This document shows positions 19,679 to 30,668 of a stretch of DNA of 64,000 nucleotides, in pieces. Numbering within the stretch: the stretch's first letter is position 1; each line of letters begins with the position of its first letter. The notes beneath the pieces are model-generated. The model made no database searches. It was not told where the DNA came from and saw only the letters and a program-made list of their open reading frames with translations. The stretch spans positions 64,001 through 128,000 of the forward strand of contig CBDDBZ010000030.1 in NCBI GenBank assembly GCA_965225945.1, read 5' to 3'. A program made the position numbers and the translations under genes. Source of the DNA: Alphaproteobacteria bacterium. Lineage in GTDB: Bacteria; Pseudomonadota; Alphaproteobacteria; GCA-2731375.

Positions 19679-20470
19679 ATGCGCGCGTTGGTGACGGGAT
19701 CGAGTCCGGGGATCGGCGGGGAGACTTGCTTGAAATTGGCACGGGACGCGCTGGCCCGGGGTGAGCGGGCGGCGATCGCCGCGGCCGAGGTGCGCGAGAC
19801 CGAGGAGCTCCAGAAGCTGGCGGAGAAATTGCGGGGGCTGGGCGCCGAGGTGGCGACGCCGGTAGGCGACCTGATGGATCCCGAGACCCCGGCCCGCCTG
19901 GTGGCCGAGGCGGTGGCGGCCTTCGGCGGGCTCGACGCCGTGGTCTCCAACGCCGGAATCACCGCGCCCGGCTTCATCGCCGAGCTCGCCTTCGAGGATT
20001 GGGAGCGGGTGATGCGCATCAACGTCACCGCCGGCTTTCTGCTGGCCCAGGCGGCCTATCCGCATCTCAAGGAAGCGGGCGGCGCCTATGTCGGTATCGG
20101 CTCGATCTCCGGTCGCAACGCCCATCCCGGCATGGGCGCCTACGGCCCCGCCAAGGCCGCCAACATCATGCTCTGCCGGGTCCTGGCGCAGGAATGGGCG
20201 GCGGACGGCATTCGCGCCAACGCGGTCTCGCCGGGGATGATCCGCACCCCGCTCACCGCCGCCGTCTATGCCGACAACGCGACCGCGCAGGCGCGCGCGG
20301 ATTTGGTGCCACAGCGCCGCGTCGGCGAGCCGATCGACATCGCCAATGCCGTCGCCTGGCTGGTGGGACCGGACAATACTTATTGCAACGGCAAGGACAT
20401 CTGCATCGACGGCGGGTACGAGGATTCGATCATGGCGCATATTCCCGGCCGCCCGACCCGCGATATTTAG
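19679..20470 (+). CDS. Short-chain dehydrogenase/reductase
   Basis: TGSSPGIG, SNAG, YGPAK (YxxxK) and NAVSPG motifs. Confidence 0.92.
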   Translation: MRALVTGSSPGIGGETCLKLARDALARGERAAIAAAEVRETEELQKLAEKLRGLGAEVATPVGDLMDPETPARLVAEAVAAFGGLDAVVSNAGITAPGFIAELAFEDWERVMRINVTAGFLLAQAAYPHLKEAGGAYVGIGSISGRNAHPGMGAYGPAKAANIMLCRVLAQEWAADGIRANAVSPGMIRTPLTAAVYADNATAQARADLVPQRRVGEPIDIANAVAWLVGPDNTYCNGKDICIDGGYEDSIMAHIPGRPTRDI

Positions 20471-20506
20471 AGCATGATCCGATCATATGGTCCGATCATG
20501 CTCTAA
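20467..20506. repeat. 40-bp imperfect palindrome resembling alphaproteobacterial CIR/RIME-type intergenic repeats
   Basis: TTAGAGCATGATCCGATCAT / ATGGTCCGATCATGCTCTAA, 18 of 20 positions paired. Its TAG is the SDR stop codon. Confidence 0.8.
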
Positions 20507-20532
20507 CTTTGGTCGATAGGCAGGAGGCCGCT

Positions 20533-21300
20533 ATGTCACCGTCCGATCGGATCGAGGACACAGCCCGCCCGCCCGTGCTCTATCGCCGCCCCACGCCGCT
20601 TTCGGCGGAGCGACACGCGGACCATCGCGTCGAGGCCGGGACCGGCCACGGCTTCGCGGCCGAAATCAATTCGCTACTGCTGAACGCCGTCGAGTTCGTG
20701 CCGGCGGCTCGGCACTACCCGATCGTCTTCACCCTGGGCGAGGAACCGGTGCCGGTGGCGATTCTCGGCCTCGGCGATGGCCGGAACCTCTTCATCCGGG
20801 ATGGCAGGTGGGAGCGGGGCCTCTACATCCCGGCCTACGTCAGGCGCTATCCCTTCATCTTCACCGAGCACAAGGAGGCGGGCCAACTCGTCCTCTGCAT
20901 CGACGACGCGGCGCCCTCGGTGACGACGGAGGCACGCGGCGAGCGCTTGATCGTGGACGGCGAGCCGTCCGAGTTTGCGCGCCGTGCGCTCGAGTTCTGC
21001 ACCGCCTTCCAGCGCGAGGTGGTCAAGACCCGTGCCCTCGTCGAGCTGCTCGAGGAACGCGATCTGATGACACGGCGGATGGCGAGCCTTCGTCGCGGCG
21101 AGGAAGAGCGTTCGCTGGGCGGTTTTCAGGTGGTCGACGAGGCCAAATTCAACGCGCTAGACGATGCCACGATCCTCGATTGGCGCCGTCGTGGCTTCCT
21201 GCCGATCCTCTATGCGCACCTTCTCTCGCTCGGCAATTGGGAGTCCCTCTCCAGCCGCGATTCCCTGCCCGGCACTTCGAACGCCACATTAACATGTTGA
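20533..21300 (+). CDS. SapC family protein
   Basis: EFVPAARHYPIVF, PVAILGL, YIPAYVRRYPF, GFQVVDEAKF and YAHLLSLGNW; RBS AGGAGG before ATG 20533. Confidence 0.85.
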   Translation: MSPSDRIEDTARPPVLYRRPTPLSAERHADHRVEAGTGHGFAAEINSLLLNAVEFVPAARHYPIVFTLGEEPVPVAILGLGDGRNLFIRDGRWERGLYIPAYVRRYPFIFTEHKEAGQLVLCIDDAAPSVTTEARGERLIVDGEPSEFARRALEFCTAFQREVVKTRALVELLEERDLMTRRMASLRRGEEERSLGGFQVVDEAKFNALDDATILDWRRRGFLPILYAHLLSLGNWESLSSRDSLPGTSNATLTC

Positions 21301-21505
21301 TTTTCTTGTTATAATTGCCTGTCGGGTACAGCATTCCAGCTTGGTGATGGCGGCGTCGTTGGATGTCATGTCGATGTTCGAGCAGGCGTCGTATATCGAT
21401 CGCGACCCCCAAATGGGGGGCGACAGGCGTTTCGTGATCGCGGATAATGAAACCCGATAGCCGTCCCCGCGCGGATGGCGGGCGAGGTCCGCGGAGCCGG
21501 GTGGG

Positions 21506-24500
21506 ATGAGCCGAAGCGGAAACTTCGATCGGGGCGGCGCCATCGGCGTCGCGCCGGGGGCGGCGGAATACGCGCTCGTTCTGCAGGCCGGCTCGGCCCT
21601 CGACGGCAAGCTGGTGGTGCCGCTCGCCGATTTCCTGCTCGGGGCGGAGTGTTTACCCGAGCGGGCCTGGACCTGGAGATCCGGGGCCAGGACGGCACCC
21701 GGGTGCTGATCCGGGACTATTTCCAACATGACGAGGTGGCGGACCTGTGGACGCCCGGGGGCGCGGTGCTCTCGGGCGAGCTGGTCGCGCGCCTGGCGGG
21801 CCCGGTGGCGGAAGGCTGGGCCCAGGCGGCGGGTTCGCCCGCGCGCCCGATCGGCGTCGTCGAGCAGGTGGTCGGCGAAGTGCGGGCGGAGCGGGCGGAC
21901 GGCGCAAGCGTGATACTGACCGAGGGAAGCTCGGTCTTCCAGGGCGACGTGGTGGTGACCGGCCCGGGCGCGCGGCTCGGCATCCGCTTTGCCGACGACA
22001 CCGCCTTCGCGATGGAGGGCGACGGGCGGATGGTGCTGGACGAGCTGGTCTACGACGCCGCCTCCGGGTCCGGCTCGGCCAGTTTCTCGATCCTGCAGGG
22101 CGCCTTCGTCTTCGTCACCGGCCAGATCGCCCAGAGCGATCCGGACAGTTTCGAGGTGAAGACGCCGCTGGCGACGATCGGCGTTCGGGGCACGGTGTTC
22201 GGCGGCGTCCTGGGCGAGCGGCTGGACGTCTATTTCGACGACGGCTTCGGCTTCGTCGTGAACCAGGCGGGCCGGCAGGATATCGACCAGGGCCAGAACC
22301 TGACGGTGCTGGCGGCCAATCAGTTGCCGAGCCTGCCGGTGGCGACGCCGCTGGGCCAGTTCTACCAGATCTTCACGCTCTCCATCGGGATCCTTCCGAC
22401 CACGCCGTTCACGCCGCCGGGCCGGCGCGGCGACAGCCAGGACGGCGATCAGCCGGACCAGCAGGAGGGCACCGCACCAACGGACGACGCCACGGCGGCC
22501 GAGGCCACGGCGCAGGCCCCGGCGAACACGGACTTCGTCGAGGCGGCGGCCGAGCCCGAGCCCGAGTCCGTGGAAGATCTGGTCGACATCGCGCTGAATC
22601 CGTTGGCCCCCTTCATTCCGTCCCCGCCCGTAACCAATTCCAGTCGATCGCCGGCACGGCCGGTCGGTGCGCCGGCGCCGACAACATCATTTCCGGCCCG
22701 ACCTGCCGGCAAGATACCAGTCGACGTGTCATTTCCGGTGGAGGAGATTTTCAATACGGCGGACCCCGTAGTCCTTGATGATGCCGGCACATCGGACAGT
22801 TTTGTGGGCACGGCGCCACTGGCGGCGGCGCTGGAGCCGGTGCTGGAGCCGGTGCTGGTGCCGGAGCCGCTGCCGGAGCCGCTGCCGCCGTCTGGCATCA
22901 CCTTCACCGGCGACGGCGACTTGCGGGGGCGGGAGACGACCGGTCCCGACAACATCAGCGGCGGCGGCGGCGCCGACACCATCGCCGGCGGCGGCGGCAA
23001 CGACATCCTGAACGGCGGCGCCGGCAACGACGTGATCGACGGCGGCACCGGCATCGACACCGCGACCTTCGGCGGCAACCTCGCGGCCTATTCGTTCTCG
23101 CCCGGCAGCATCATCGTCGTCGGGCCGGACGGTCGCGACACGCTGATCGACGTCGAGTTTCTGAGCTTCGACGACCAGACGATTCCGGCACCGACCTTCG
23201 TCGTTCCGCAGCAGCAGCCGGGCATCATCGACGGGCCGAGGGTCACGGAGAACATTTTGACCGTGCTCGACGCAAGCGGGGTGCGAGTCGGCTCCACCGT
23301 CGATCACATCCTCTTCACCGTGAATACGGCCGGCACGGTCACCATCGACACGCTTTCCTGGGAGCAGGATACCCAGGACTCCGACGGCGACGGGAACACC
23401 TCGGAGACCTTCGACATCAACGGCGACGGCGAGATCGCCTTCATCGACGTCTACATCTATCTCTTCCAGGACGCTGGCGGCGGCACGCCGGGAACGTTGA
23501 TAGCCTCCAACGACGATTCGTCCCAGACCTTCAACGACGGCTCCATTTACAGCTACGATTCCTACCTTTCGGCCAACCTGGCGGCGGGGGACTACGTGCT
23601 GGCGCTCGGCGCCTTCTCGTTGAGTGAGACCGAGGCGCGGGCGCAGAGCAACGACGTCACGCGCTATCCGGTGACCGTCAATAGCTTCGGCAGTCAAGTG
23701 CCGACCGATCACGGCGATTACCAGGTCATCATCGGCGGCGCCGTCACCATCAACGCGGTGAACCAGGGATCGGGGGGCGGCACGATCACCGGCGGCACCG
23801 GCACGACGGGCAACGACATCCTCACCGGCACGGCGGCGGCGGAGCTGATCGACGGCCTGGCGGGCAACGACCTCCTGGATGGCCTCGGCGGCAACGATAC
23901 GCTGCTGGGCGGCCCCGGTGCGGACACGATCCTGGGTGGGGACGGCGACGACACGATCTCCGGCGGCGCGGGGAACGACACGATCGCCGGTGGCGGCAAC
24001 AACGACGTGATCGACGGTGGCGACGGCACCGCCGATGTCGCGGAATTCTCGGGCGCCCGGGTGGGTTACCGCGCCACCACGGTGAGTGGCACGACGACGG
24101 TGGTCGACATCGACCCGCTCGACGGCGACGACGGGACCGACACGCTGACCAATATCGAGATCCTGGGGTTCTCGGACGGCCTTGCCGCGACACCGCCCGA
24201 CGGCGGCGTACTCGGCCCCGTCGGCTTTACCGGGGCGGCGGGCGACGACACGTTCACCGGCACGGCGGCGAACGAGGTGATCGACGGCCTGGCGGGCAAC
24301 GATTTGCTCGGCGGCGGCGACGGCGACGATACGATCTCCGGCGGCACGGGGAACGACACGATCGCCGGTGGCGGCAACAACGACGTGATCGACGGCGGTG
24401 CCGGCACCGCCGATGTCGCGGCCTTTTCGGGCGCCCGGGCCGGCTACACCATCACGACCGTCGGCGGCACGACGACGGTGGTCGACACCAATCCGATCGA

Positions 24501-27500
24501 CGCCGACGACGGCACCGACACGCTCACCAATATCGAGTTTTTGCAATTCTCGGGCGGCACCGTCCTGGTCGTCGGTTCCGCCACCACGGTCACCGGCACG
24601 GCGGCGGCCGAGATCCTCGTCGGCACGGCGGGCGACGATACGCTGATCGGCGGCGCTGGCGCCGATACGCTCGACGGCCGTCTCGGCACCGATATCGTCG
24701 ACTATTCGAGCGATCCCGCCGGGGTCAACGTGAACCTCGCCACCGGCACGGCGACGGACGGCTTCGGCGCGACCGACACGCTGATCTCGATCGAGGGCGT
24801 GATCACCGGCGGCTTCGACGACGTCATCACCACCGGCCCCGGCAACGACATCGTCGACGCCGGCGCGAGCCTCTCCGTCAACTCCTCCGGCAACATCTTT
24901 GGCGGCACCTTCGACCGGATCGTCGGCAGCATCGGCAACGACACCATCGACGTCGGTGGCGGGCTGTTCGACTACGACATCATCGACTATCGCAACGCCG
25001 GGCTCTCGGCGCCGATCACCGTCGATCTGCGCGATCCCACGAACCCCTTCGCCGACAAGGGCGTGAACGGCAGGGATTCGCTGATCAACCAGTCGACCTT
25101 CGGCGGCGACGGCTTGCAAATCAAGGGCACCGCCTTCGCCGACACCTTCTTCAGCTCCGATACCTATTTCTTCACCGAGTATCAGCCGGGCGGCGGCGTC
25201 GACACGATCAACGGCGGCGCCATGATCGACCGCGTCGACTATCGCGACACGGTCAGCACGACCGGCATCACGGCCGATCTCGGCGCCGGCTTCGCGATCG
25301 ACGGCTTCGGCGACAGGGACGTGTTGATCAGCGTCGAACAGATCGAATCCGGCAATCAAGTCAAGACGACATCCTGTTCGGCTCGGCCGCGAACAACGTC
25401 TTCCGCCCTGGCGGCGGTACCGACTTCATCGACGGCCGCACCGGCATCGACCAGGTGCGCTACCAGAACGCCAATACGGCCGTGCTCATCGATCTCTCGC
25501 TCACCACCAACCAAGTCACCAGCGACGGTTTCAATCTCGGCGCCGGCACCAGCGTCGACAACCTGGTCAGCATCGAGAACCTGCGCGGCGGCAACTTCAA
25601 CGACAGACTGACCGGCGACGCGGGCCCGAACCTGATCGAGGGCCGGGGCGGTTCCGACCGTCTGACCGGCTTGGCCGGCAACGACACGCTCAAGGGCCAG
25701 GATGGCTTCGACACCGCCGACTACTCGGGGTCGCCCGCCGGGATCAACGCGAATCTCGTGACCGGGACGGTCCGCGACGGCTTCGGCGGCACGGATACGG
25801 TGTCGAGCATCGAGGGTGTGGTCGGCACTGCGTTCAACGATACCATCCTCGCCTCGTCCACCACTCCGGAAAATTTCTCGACGATCACGCCGGGCGGCGG
25901 CGACGTCGTCGTGACAGGGTCCCTTATCTCGAACGGCGCCTTCGACTACCGGGTGAGCTACAGCAACGCGCCGGCGGGCATCAACGGCAATCTCGCGACC
26001 GGCGTGGTGCTGGACGGCTTCGGTGGCACCGATACAATTTCCAATATTTCGCAAATCAGGGGCTCCAACTTCGACGACACGTTGACCGGCGGCAACACGA
26101 CGCCGGACTTCCAGGATTTCGAGAGCTTCGACCCCCGAGGCGGCAACGATCTGATCGTTGGCGGCAGCGGATTCGACCGCATCGAGTACAGAAGCCCGCC
26201 GACGGGAATTTTGCTCGATTTGACGGTCGGAACCGTGCTCGACGGGTTCGGCGGTACCGATACCTTCAGCGGGATCGAGGGTATTCGCGCCACCAGTTTC
26301 GACGACAGCTTGTTCGGCGGCGTGGACGACAACTTCGAGAGGTTCAGCCCCCGCGCCGGCAACGACTTGGTCGACGGCCGAACCGGCTTCGACGAGCTGG
26401 ACTATCGCTTCGAGGACGCGACCCAAGGTGTTTTGGTCAATCTCGCCCGGGGCGTGGCGACGGACGGTGCCGGCGGCACCGACACTATTCTCAACATCGA
26501 AGCGGTACGCGGGACGATCTTCGACGACACGCTGATCGGCGGCGGTGACAACAATTTCGAGCGCTTCCGGGGCAAGGAAGGCAACGACATCATCGACGGT
26601 GGCACCGGCTTCGACCAGGTCTCCTATCAGGGTGAAACCGGTCCGGTCACCGTCAACCTCGCCACCGGCATCGCGCTCGACGGCAGCGGCGGCACGGATA
26701 CGCTCAGCAACATCGAATTCATCCGCGGCTCCGACGGCGACGACCTGTTGATCGGCGGCGGCGCCGGCATCGGTGTCTCGAATTTCGAGGCCTTCAGGGG
26801 TGAAGCCGGCAACGACACAATTCAGGGCGGCGACGGCTTCGACCGGGCCGAGTACAACAGCGCGACGGGCCCAATCACGATCGATGTCGCCCTCGGACGG
26901 GTGAGCGGCGATGCCTCGGTCGGCACCGACACGCTCGACAGCGTCGAGTGGATTCGAGGCAGCGATTTCGCGGATACCTACCGCGGTGGTTTGCCGCCCA
27001 ACGCCAACACCTCCTTCTCCGGCCTTGCCGACGATGTTTTCGAGGGCCGGGGCGGTAACGACATCGTCAACGGCGATGGCAACACGACCGCGGCTTATTT
27101 CAGTGCTACCGGTGGCGTCGTCGTCGACCTCGCGGCCGGCACCGCGAGGGGCGACGCCTCGGTCGGCACCGATGCGCTCTCGGGCGTGGCCAATGTCGTG
27201 GGCAGCGAGTTCGCCGACAGGATCAGGGGCAATGCCGGCGACAACTTCATCCAGGGCCGCGACGGCATCGACACGCTCGACGGCGGCGCCGGCGTCGACA
27301 CGGCGTTCTATTTCAGCAATTCCTCGACCTCCGGCCTCATCATCAACCTCGCCACCAGCACGGTGACGAACGACGGGCTGGGCAACGCCGACATCATCGC
27401 CAATTTTGAGAACGTGGAGGGCACCTTCTTCGGCGACCAGATCGCCGGCAGCGCCGTCGCCAATCGGTTAGACGGCCACGCCGGCGACGACACGATCGGC

Positions 27501-27908
27501 GGCGGCGGCGGCAACGATACGCTGATCGGCGGCGGCGGCGCCGACCTGCTGGACGGTGGCCTCGGCAACGACACCTTCCAGTACGACCAGGTCGGTGACG
27601 GGACGCGGATCGCCACGAACCAGACGATCGCGGCAAGCGGCGTGGCCACCGACGTCATCAACGGCTTCACTTCGGGATCCGACGAGATCGACATCAACGA
27701 AACCGAATTTGTAGTCTTGGCCGGTGCACAGTTCGCCACCATCGGGACGCCTTACGACGGCACCAACTCCGGTCTGACGAGCGGCACCGCCTTCATCTTC
27801 GACGGCACGCACCTGAGCTACGACCCCGACGTCAACGCCGCCGGACACACCGCCATGGCGCAGGTGAACGGCGACCCGGTGGGGCTAGGCGACCTCACCC
27901 CCGTATAG
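21506..27908 (+). pseudogene. Giant FecR-domain plus RTX/hemolysin-type Ca-binding repeat protein (T1SS substrate-like), two frameshifts
   Basis: FecR-like ILQGAFVFVTG..TPLATIGVRGT and dozens of GGxGxDxL nonapeptides. Frames join when GT (21651-2) and TCAAG (25361-5) are removed, giving 2131 aa. Could be intact if these are assembly errors. Confidence 0.85.
23941..24558 (+). repeat. Intragenic direct repeat of about 240 bp (23941-24180 and 24319-24558)
   Basis: Near-identical DNA, e.g. GGGAACGACACGATCGCCGGTGGCGGCAACAACGACGTGATCGACGG in both copies, offset 378 bp. Confidence 0.85.
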
Positions 27909-28093
27909 CCCCGAGGTGCCACACGCGATGTCCGCCGCGGCCGGCGGAGCCGGCCCGGCGCCTCGGGGGGCCTCCGTAAAGCCTCGATATTCTTCGTGAT
28001 AATTCGCTGTCGGGTCTGATATGCCGACTCGGCGATGGTGGCGCTGCCCGGGCGCTTGATTCCCATCCGGCCGGCGCCGACAATGTCGCCGCC

Positions 28094-28777
28094 ATGTTGA
28101 TCAACGCGAACTACGCGCTGCCCGCGATCGTCGACGGCGAGGCGCTGCCCTGGATCGCTTCGCCACTTCCCGGCGTCGAGCGGCGGATGTTGGAGCGCGA
28201 CGGCGACGAGGTCGCCCGCGTCACCAGCCTGGTCCGCTATGCCGCCGGCAGCCGCTTCTCCGAACATGAGCACGCCGGTGGCGAGGAGTTTTTGGTCCTG
28301 GAAGGGACCTTCTCCGACCAATACGGCGATTTTCCCGCCGGCACCTACCTGCGCAATCCGGTCGGCTCCAGCCACGCCCCGCACTGCGACGAGGGCTGTC
28401 TGATCTTCGTCAAGCTCTGGTGGATGCAGTCCGAGGACCAGGCCTTCGTCCGCGCCGATACCACGGACAAATCGGACTGGCGGGCGCGGGCGCCGGGTGT
28501 CGAGGAAAAGCCGCTGCATGCCTGGGGTCCGGAAGCGGTCGGTTTCCTGCGCCTCGCCCCCGGGGCGAGCTTGCCGGCGCGCGCGATTCCGGGCGGCGAG
28601 GAGATCCTCGTCGTCGAGGGCACGATCGAGGACGAGGACGGCCTGCACGGCCGTCATGCCTGGTTGCGCCGCCCCGGCGGGCAGGCGCCGGCGATGACCA
28701 CAACCAGCGGCGCGCGGCTCCTGGTCAAGCGCGGCCAGCTCGCGCTTCCGCCGCCGCCGCTGCCGACGCGGGCCTGA
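28094..28777 (+). CDS. ChrR-like double cupin protein
   Basis: GVERRMLERDGDEVARVTSLVRY, HEHAGGEEFLVLEG and a second GGEEILVVEG. Confidence 0.88.
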   Translation: MLINANYALPAIVDGEALPWIASPLPGVERRMLERDGDEVARVTSLVRYAAGSRFSEHEHAGGEEFLVLEGTFSDQYGDFPAGTYLRNPVGSSHAPHCDEGCLIFVKLWWMQSEDQAFVRADTTDKSDWRARAPGVEEKPLHAWGPEAVGFLRLAPGASLPARAIPGGEEILVVEGTIEDEDGLHGRHAWLRRPGGQAPAMTTTSGARLLVKRGQLALPPPPLPTRA

Positions 28778-28851
28778 CGCTCGGGACCGTCGCCTTCGGT
28801 TTCGGGTGCTATAAATTTCGCCTCGGGTGAGTTTCGCCGCGGGAGGATGGA

Positions 28852-30567
28852 ATGCCTTGGCAGCCGCAGATCGTCGGCGCCCGACACATGGTGTCGGCGG
28901 GTCATCATTTGGCGGCGCTCGCCGGTTTCGAGATCCTGGAGGCGGGGGGAAACGCGATCGACGCGGGCGTTGCCGCGGGCCTGGCGCTGGGCGTCGTGCA
29001 CTCCGACCAGGTCCAGTTCTCGGGCGTCGCCCCGATTCTGATCCACCTGGCCGAGAGCGGCGAGACCCTGTCGATCGCCGGTCTGGGCCCTTGGCCGCGC
29101 GCCACCCGACCCGAGCACTTCATCGACGAGCTGGGCGGCGCCATCCCGCTCGGCCTGTTGCGCACCGTGGTTCCGGCGGCGCCCGATGCCTGGATCCTGG
29201 CGCTGGCGCGCCACGGCACCATGGCCTTCTCCGAGGTCGCCGAGGCCGCTATTCGCCATGCTCGCGACGGCTTTGCGATGCATCCCTTCATGGCCTCCTT
29301 CATCCGCCGCAACGAGGCCAACTACGCCCGCTGGCCGAGCAGCGCCGCGATCTATCTGCCTCGAGGCCGCCCGCCCGCCGAGGGCGAACTGTTCCGCCAG
29401 GGCGATCTCGCGGCCTCGCTGCAATACATGGCCGACGAGGATCGTGCCGCCTCGGCTCGGGGCGGGCGGGCGGCCGGTCTCGCGGCGGCCCGCGACGCCT
29501 TCTACCGGGGCGACCTGGCGCGCGCAATGGTCGCCTATCACGCCGAGAACGGCGGCTGGCTGACGGCGGAGGACCTGGCCGACTATCGCTCCGAGATCGA
29601 AATCCCGCCGCGCCGGCGCTTCGCCGAGTGGGAGGTCGTGAGCTGCGGAGCCTGGTGTCAGGGCCCGGCGCTGCTGCAGATGCTGGCGATGCTGGACGGC
29701 GAGGATCTGGCGGCCCTCGGCCACAACACGGCCGACTACATCCACCTCCTGGTCGAGGTGATGAAGCTCGCGCTCGCCGACCGCGAGGCCTACTACGGCG
29801 ATCCGCGCCAGGTGGAGGTGCCGCTCGAGACCTTGTTGTCGGACAGCTATGCGGAAACGCGACGGGCCGAGGTCGCGGCTGATCGGGCGGCGGTGGAAAT
29901 GCCCGCGCCGGGCCGGATCGACGGCGCCACGCCCGGCACGCTGGCGATCCTCGAGGCAGCGGCGGAACCGGCGTCCGCCTCGGCGGATACCTCCTATGCC
30001 TGCGCCGTCGACAAAATGGGCAACGTCTTTTCGGCGACCCCGAGCGACGTCTCCTTCGAGAGTCCCGTCATCCCCGGTCTCGGCTTTTGTCCCTCGGCCC
30101 GGGGCTCGCAATCCTTCGCGATTCGCGGCCATGCCTCGGCGGTGGCGCCCGGCAAGCGGCCGCGCTTGACGCCCAATCCCGCGATCGCTTTTCGCGGCGA
30201 GGCGGTTCGCATGCCCTTCGGTACCCCCGGCGGCGATGCCCAGACCCAGGCGATGCTGCAGGTCTTCGTGAATATCGCCGTCTTCGCGGTGGCGCCGCAG
30301 GAGGCGGTGGAAGCGCCGCGTTTCGTCACTCACGGCTTTCCCGGATCGTTCGAACCGCACGTCTATCGACCGGGACGTCTGGAGATCGAGGACCGTATCG
30401 ACGAACGGGTTCGCGCCGAGCTCGCGTCGCGCGGCCATGGGGTGGTCGTCGAGCCGGCGCTTTCGGACCGCGTCGGCGGCGTCTGCCTGATCGAGGCGGA
30501 GCGGGAAAGCGGCCGCCTCTGGGGTGGCGCGGATCCCCGACGCCCAGCCCGCGCGATTGGCCGCTGA
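28852..30567 (+). CDS. Gamma-glutamyltransferase family protein
   Basis: GGNAIDAGVAA, nucleophile T in DTSY, PGKRPRLT, GTPGG and GGADPRR. Confidence 0.93.
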   Translation: MPWQPQIVGARHMVSAGHHLAALAGFEILEAGGNAIDAGVAAGLALGVVHSDQVQFSGVAPILIHLAESGETLSIAGLGPWPRATRPEHFIDELGGAIPLGLLRTVVPAAPDAWILALARHGTMAFSEVAEAAIRHARDGFAMHPFMASFIRRNEANYARWPSSAAIYLPRGRPPAEGELFRQGDLAASLQYMADEDRAASARGGRAAGLAAARDAFYRGDLARAMVAYHAENGGWLTAEDLADYRSEIEIPPRRRFAEWEVVSCGAWCQGPALLQMLAMLDGEDLAALGHNTADYIHLLVEVMKLALADREAYYGDPRQVEVPLETLLSDSYAETRRAEVAADRAAVEMPAPGRIDGATPGTLAILEAAAEPASASADTSYACAVDKMGNVFSATPSDVSFESPVIPGLGFCPSARGSQSFAIRGHASAVAPGKRPRLTPNPAIAFRGEAVRMPFGTPGGDAQTQAMLQVFVNIAVFAVAPQEAVEAPRFVTHGFPGSFEPHVYRPGRLEIEDRIDERVRAELASRGHGVVVEPALSDRVGGVCLIEAERESGRLWGGADPRRPARAIGR

Positions 30568-30668
30568 GCGGTATCTCCTTGGCCACCGCACAGGCTCTGC
30601 GGTGACGAAATATTTACCTATCGAGCCCAGATTCGAGTTCGCGCATGGGCTCAACGAAAGCGGCGGCC

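Noticed and set aside
19999-20532. N-terminal extension of SapC in the ORF track
   Set aside because: It overlaps the SDR gene in another frame; a strong RBS supports ATG 20533.
22950-27600. Periodic repeats as a CRISPR or non-coding array
   Set aside because: They are in-frame RTX coding repeats with third-position variation; no constant repeat-spacer structure and no cas genes.
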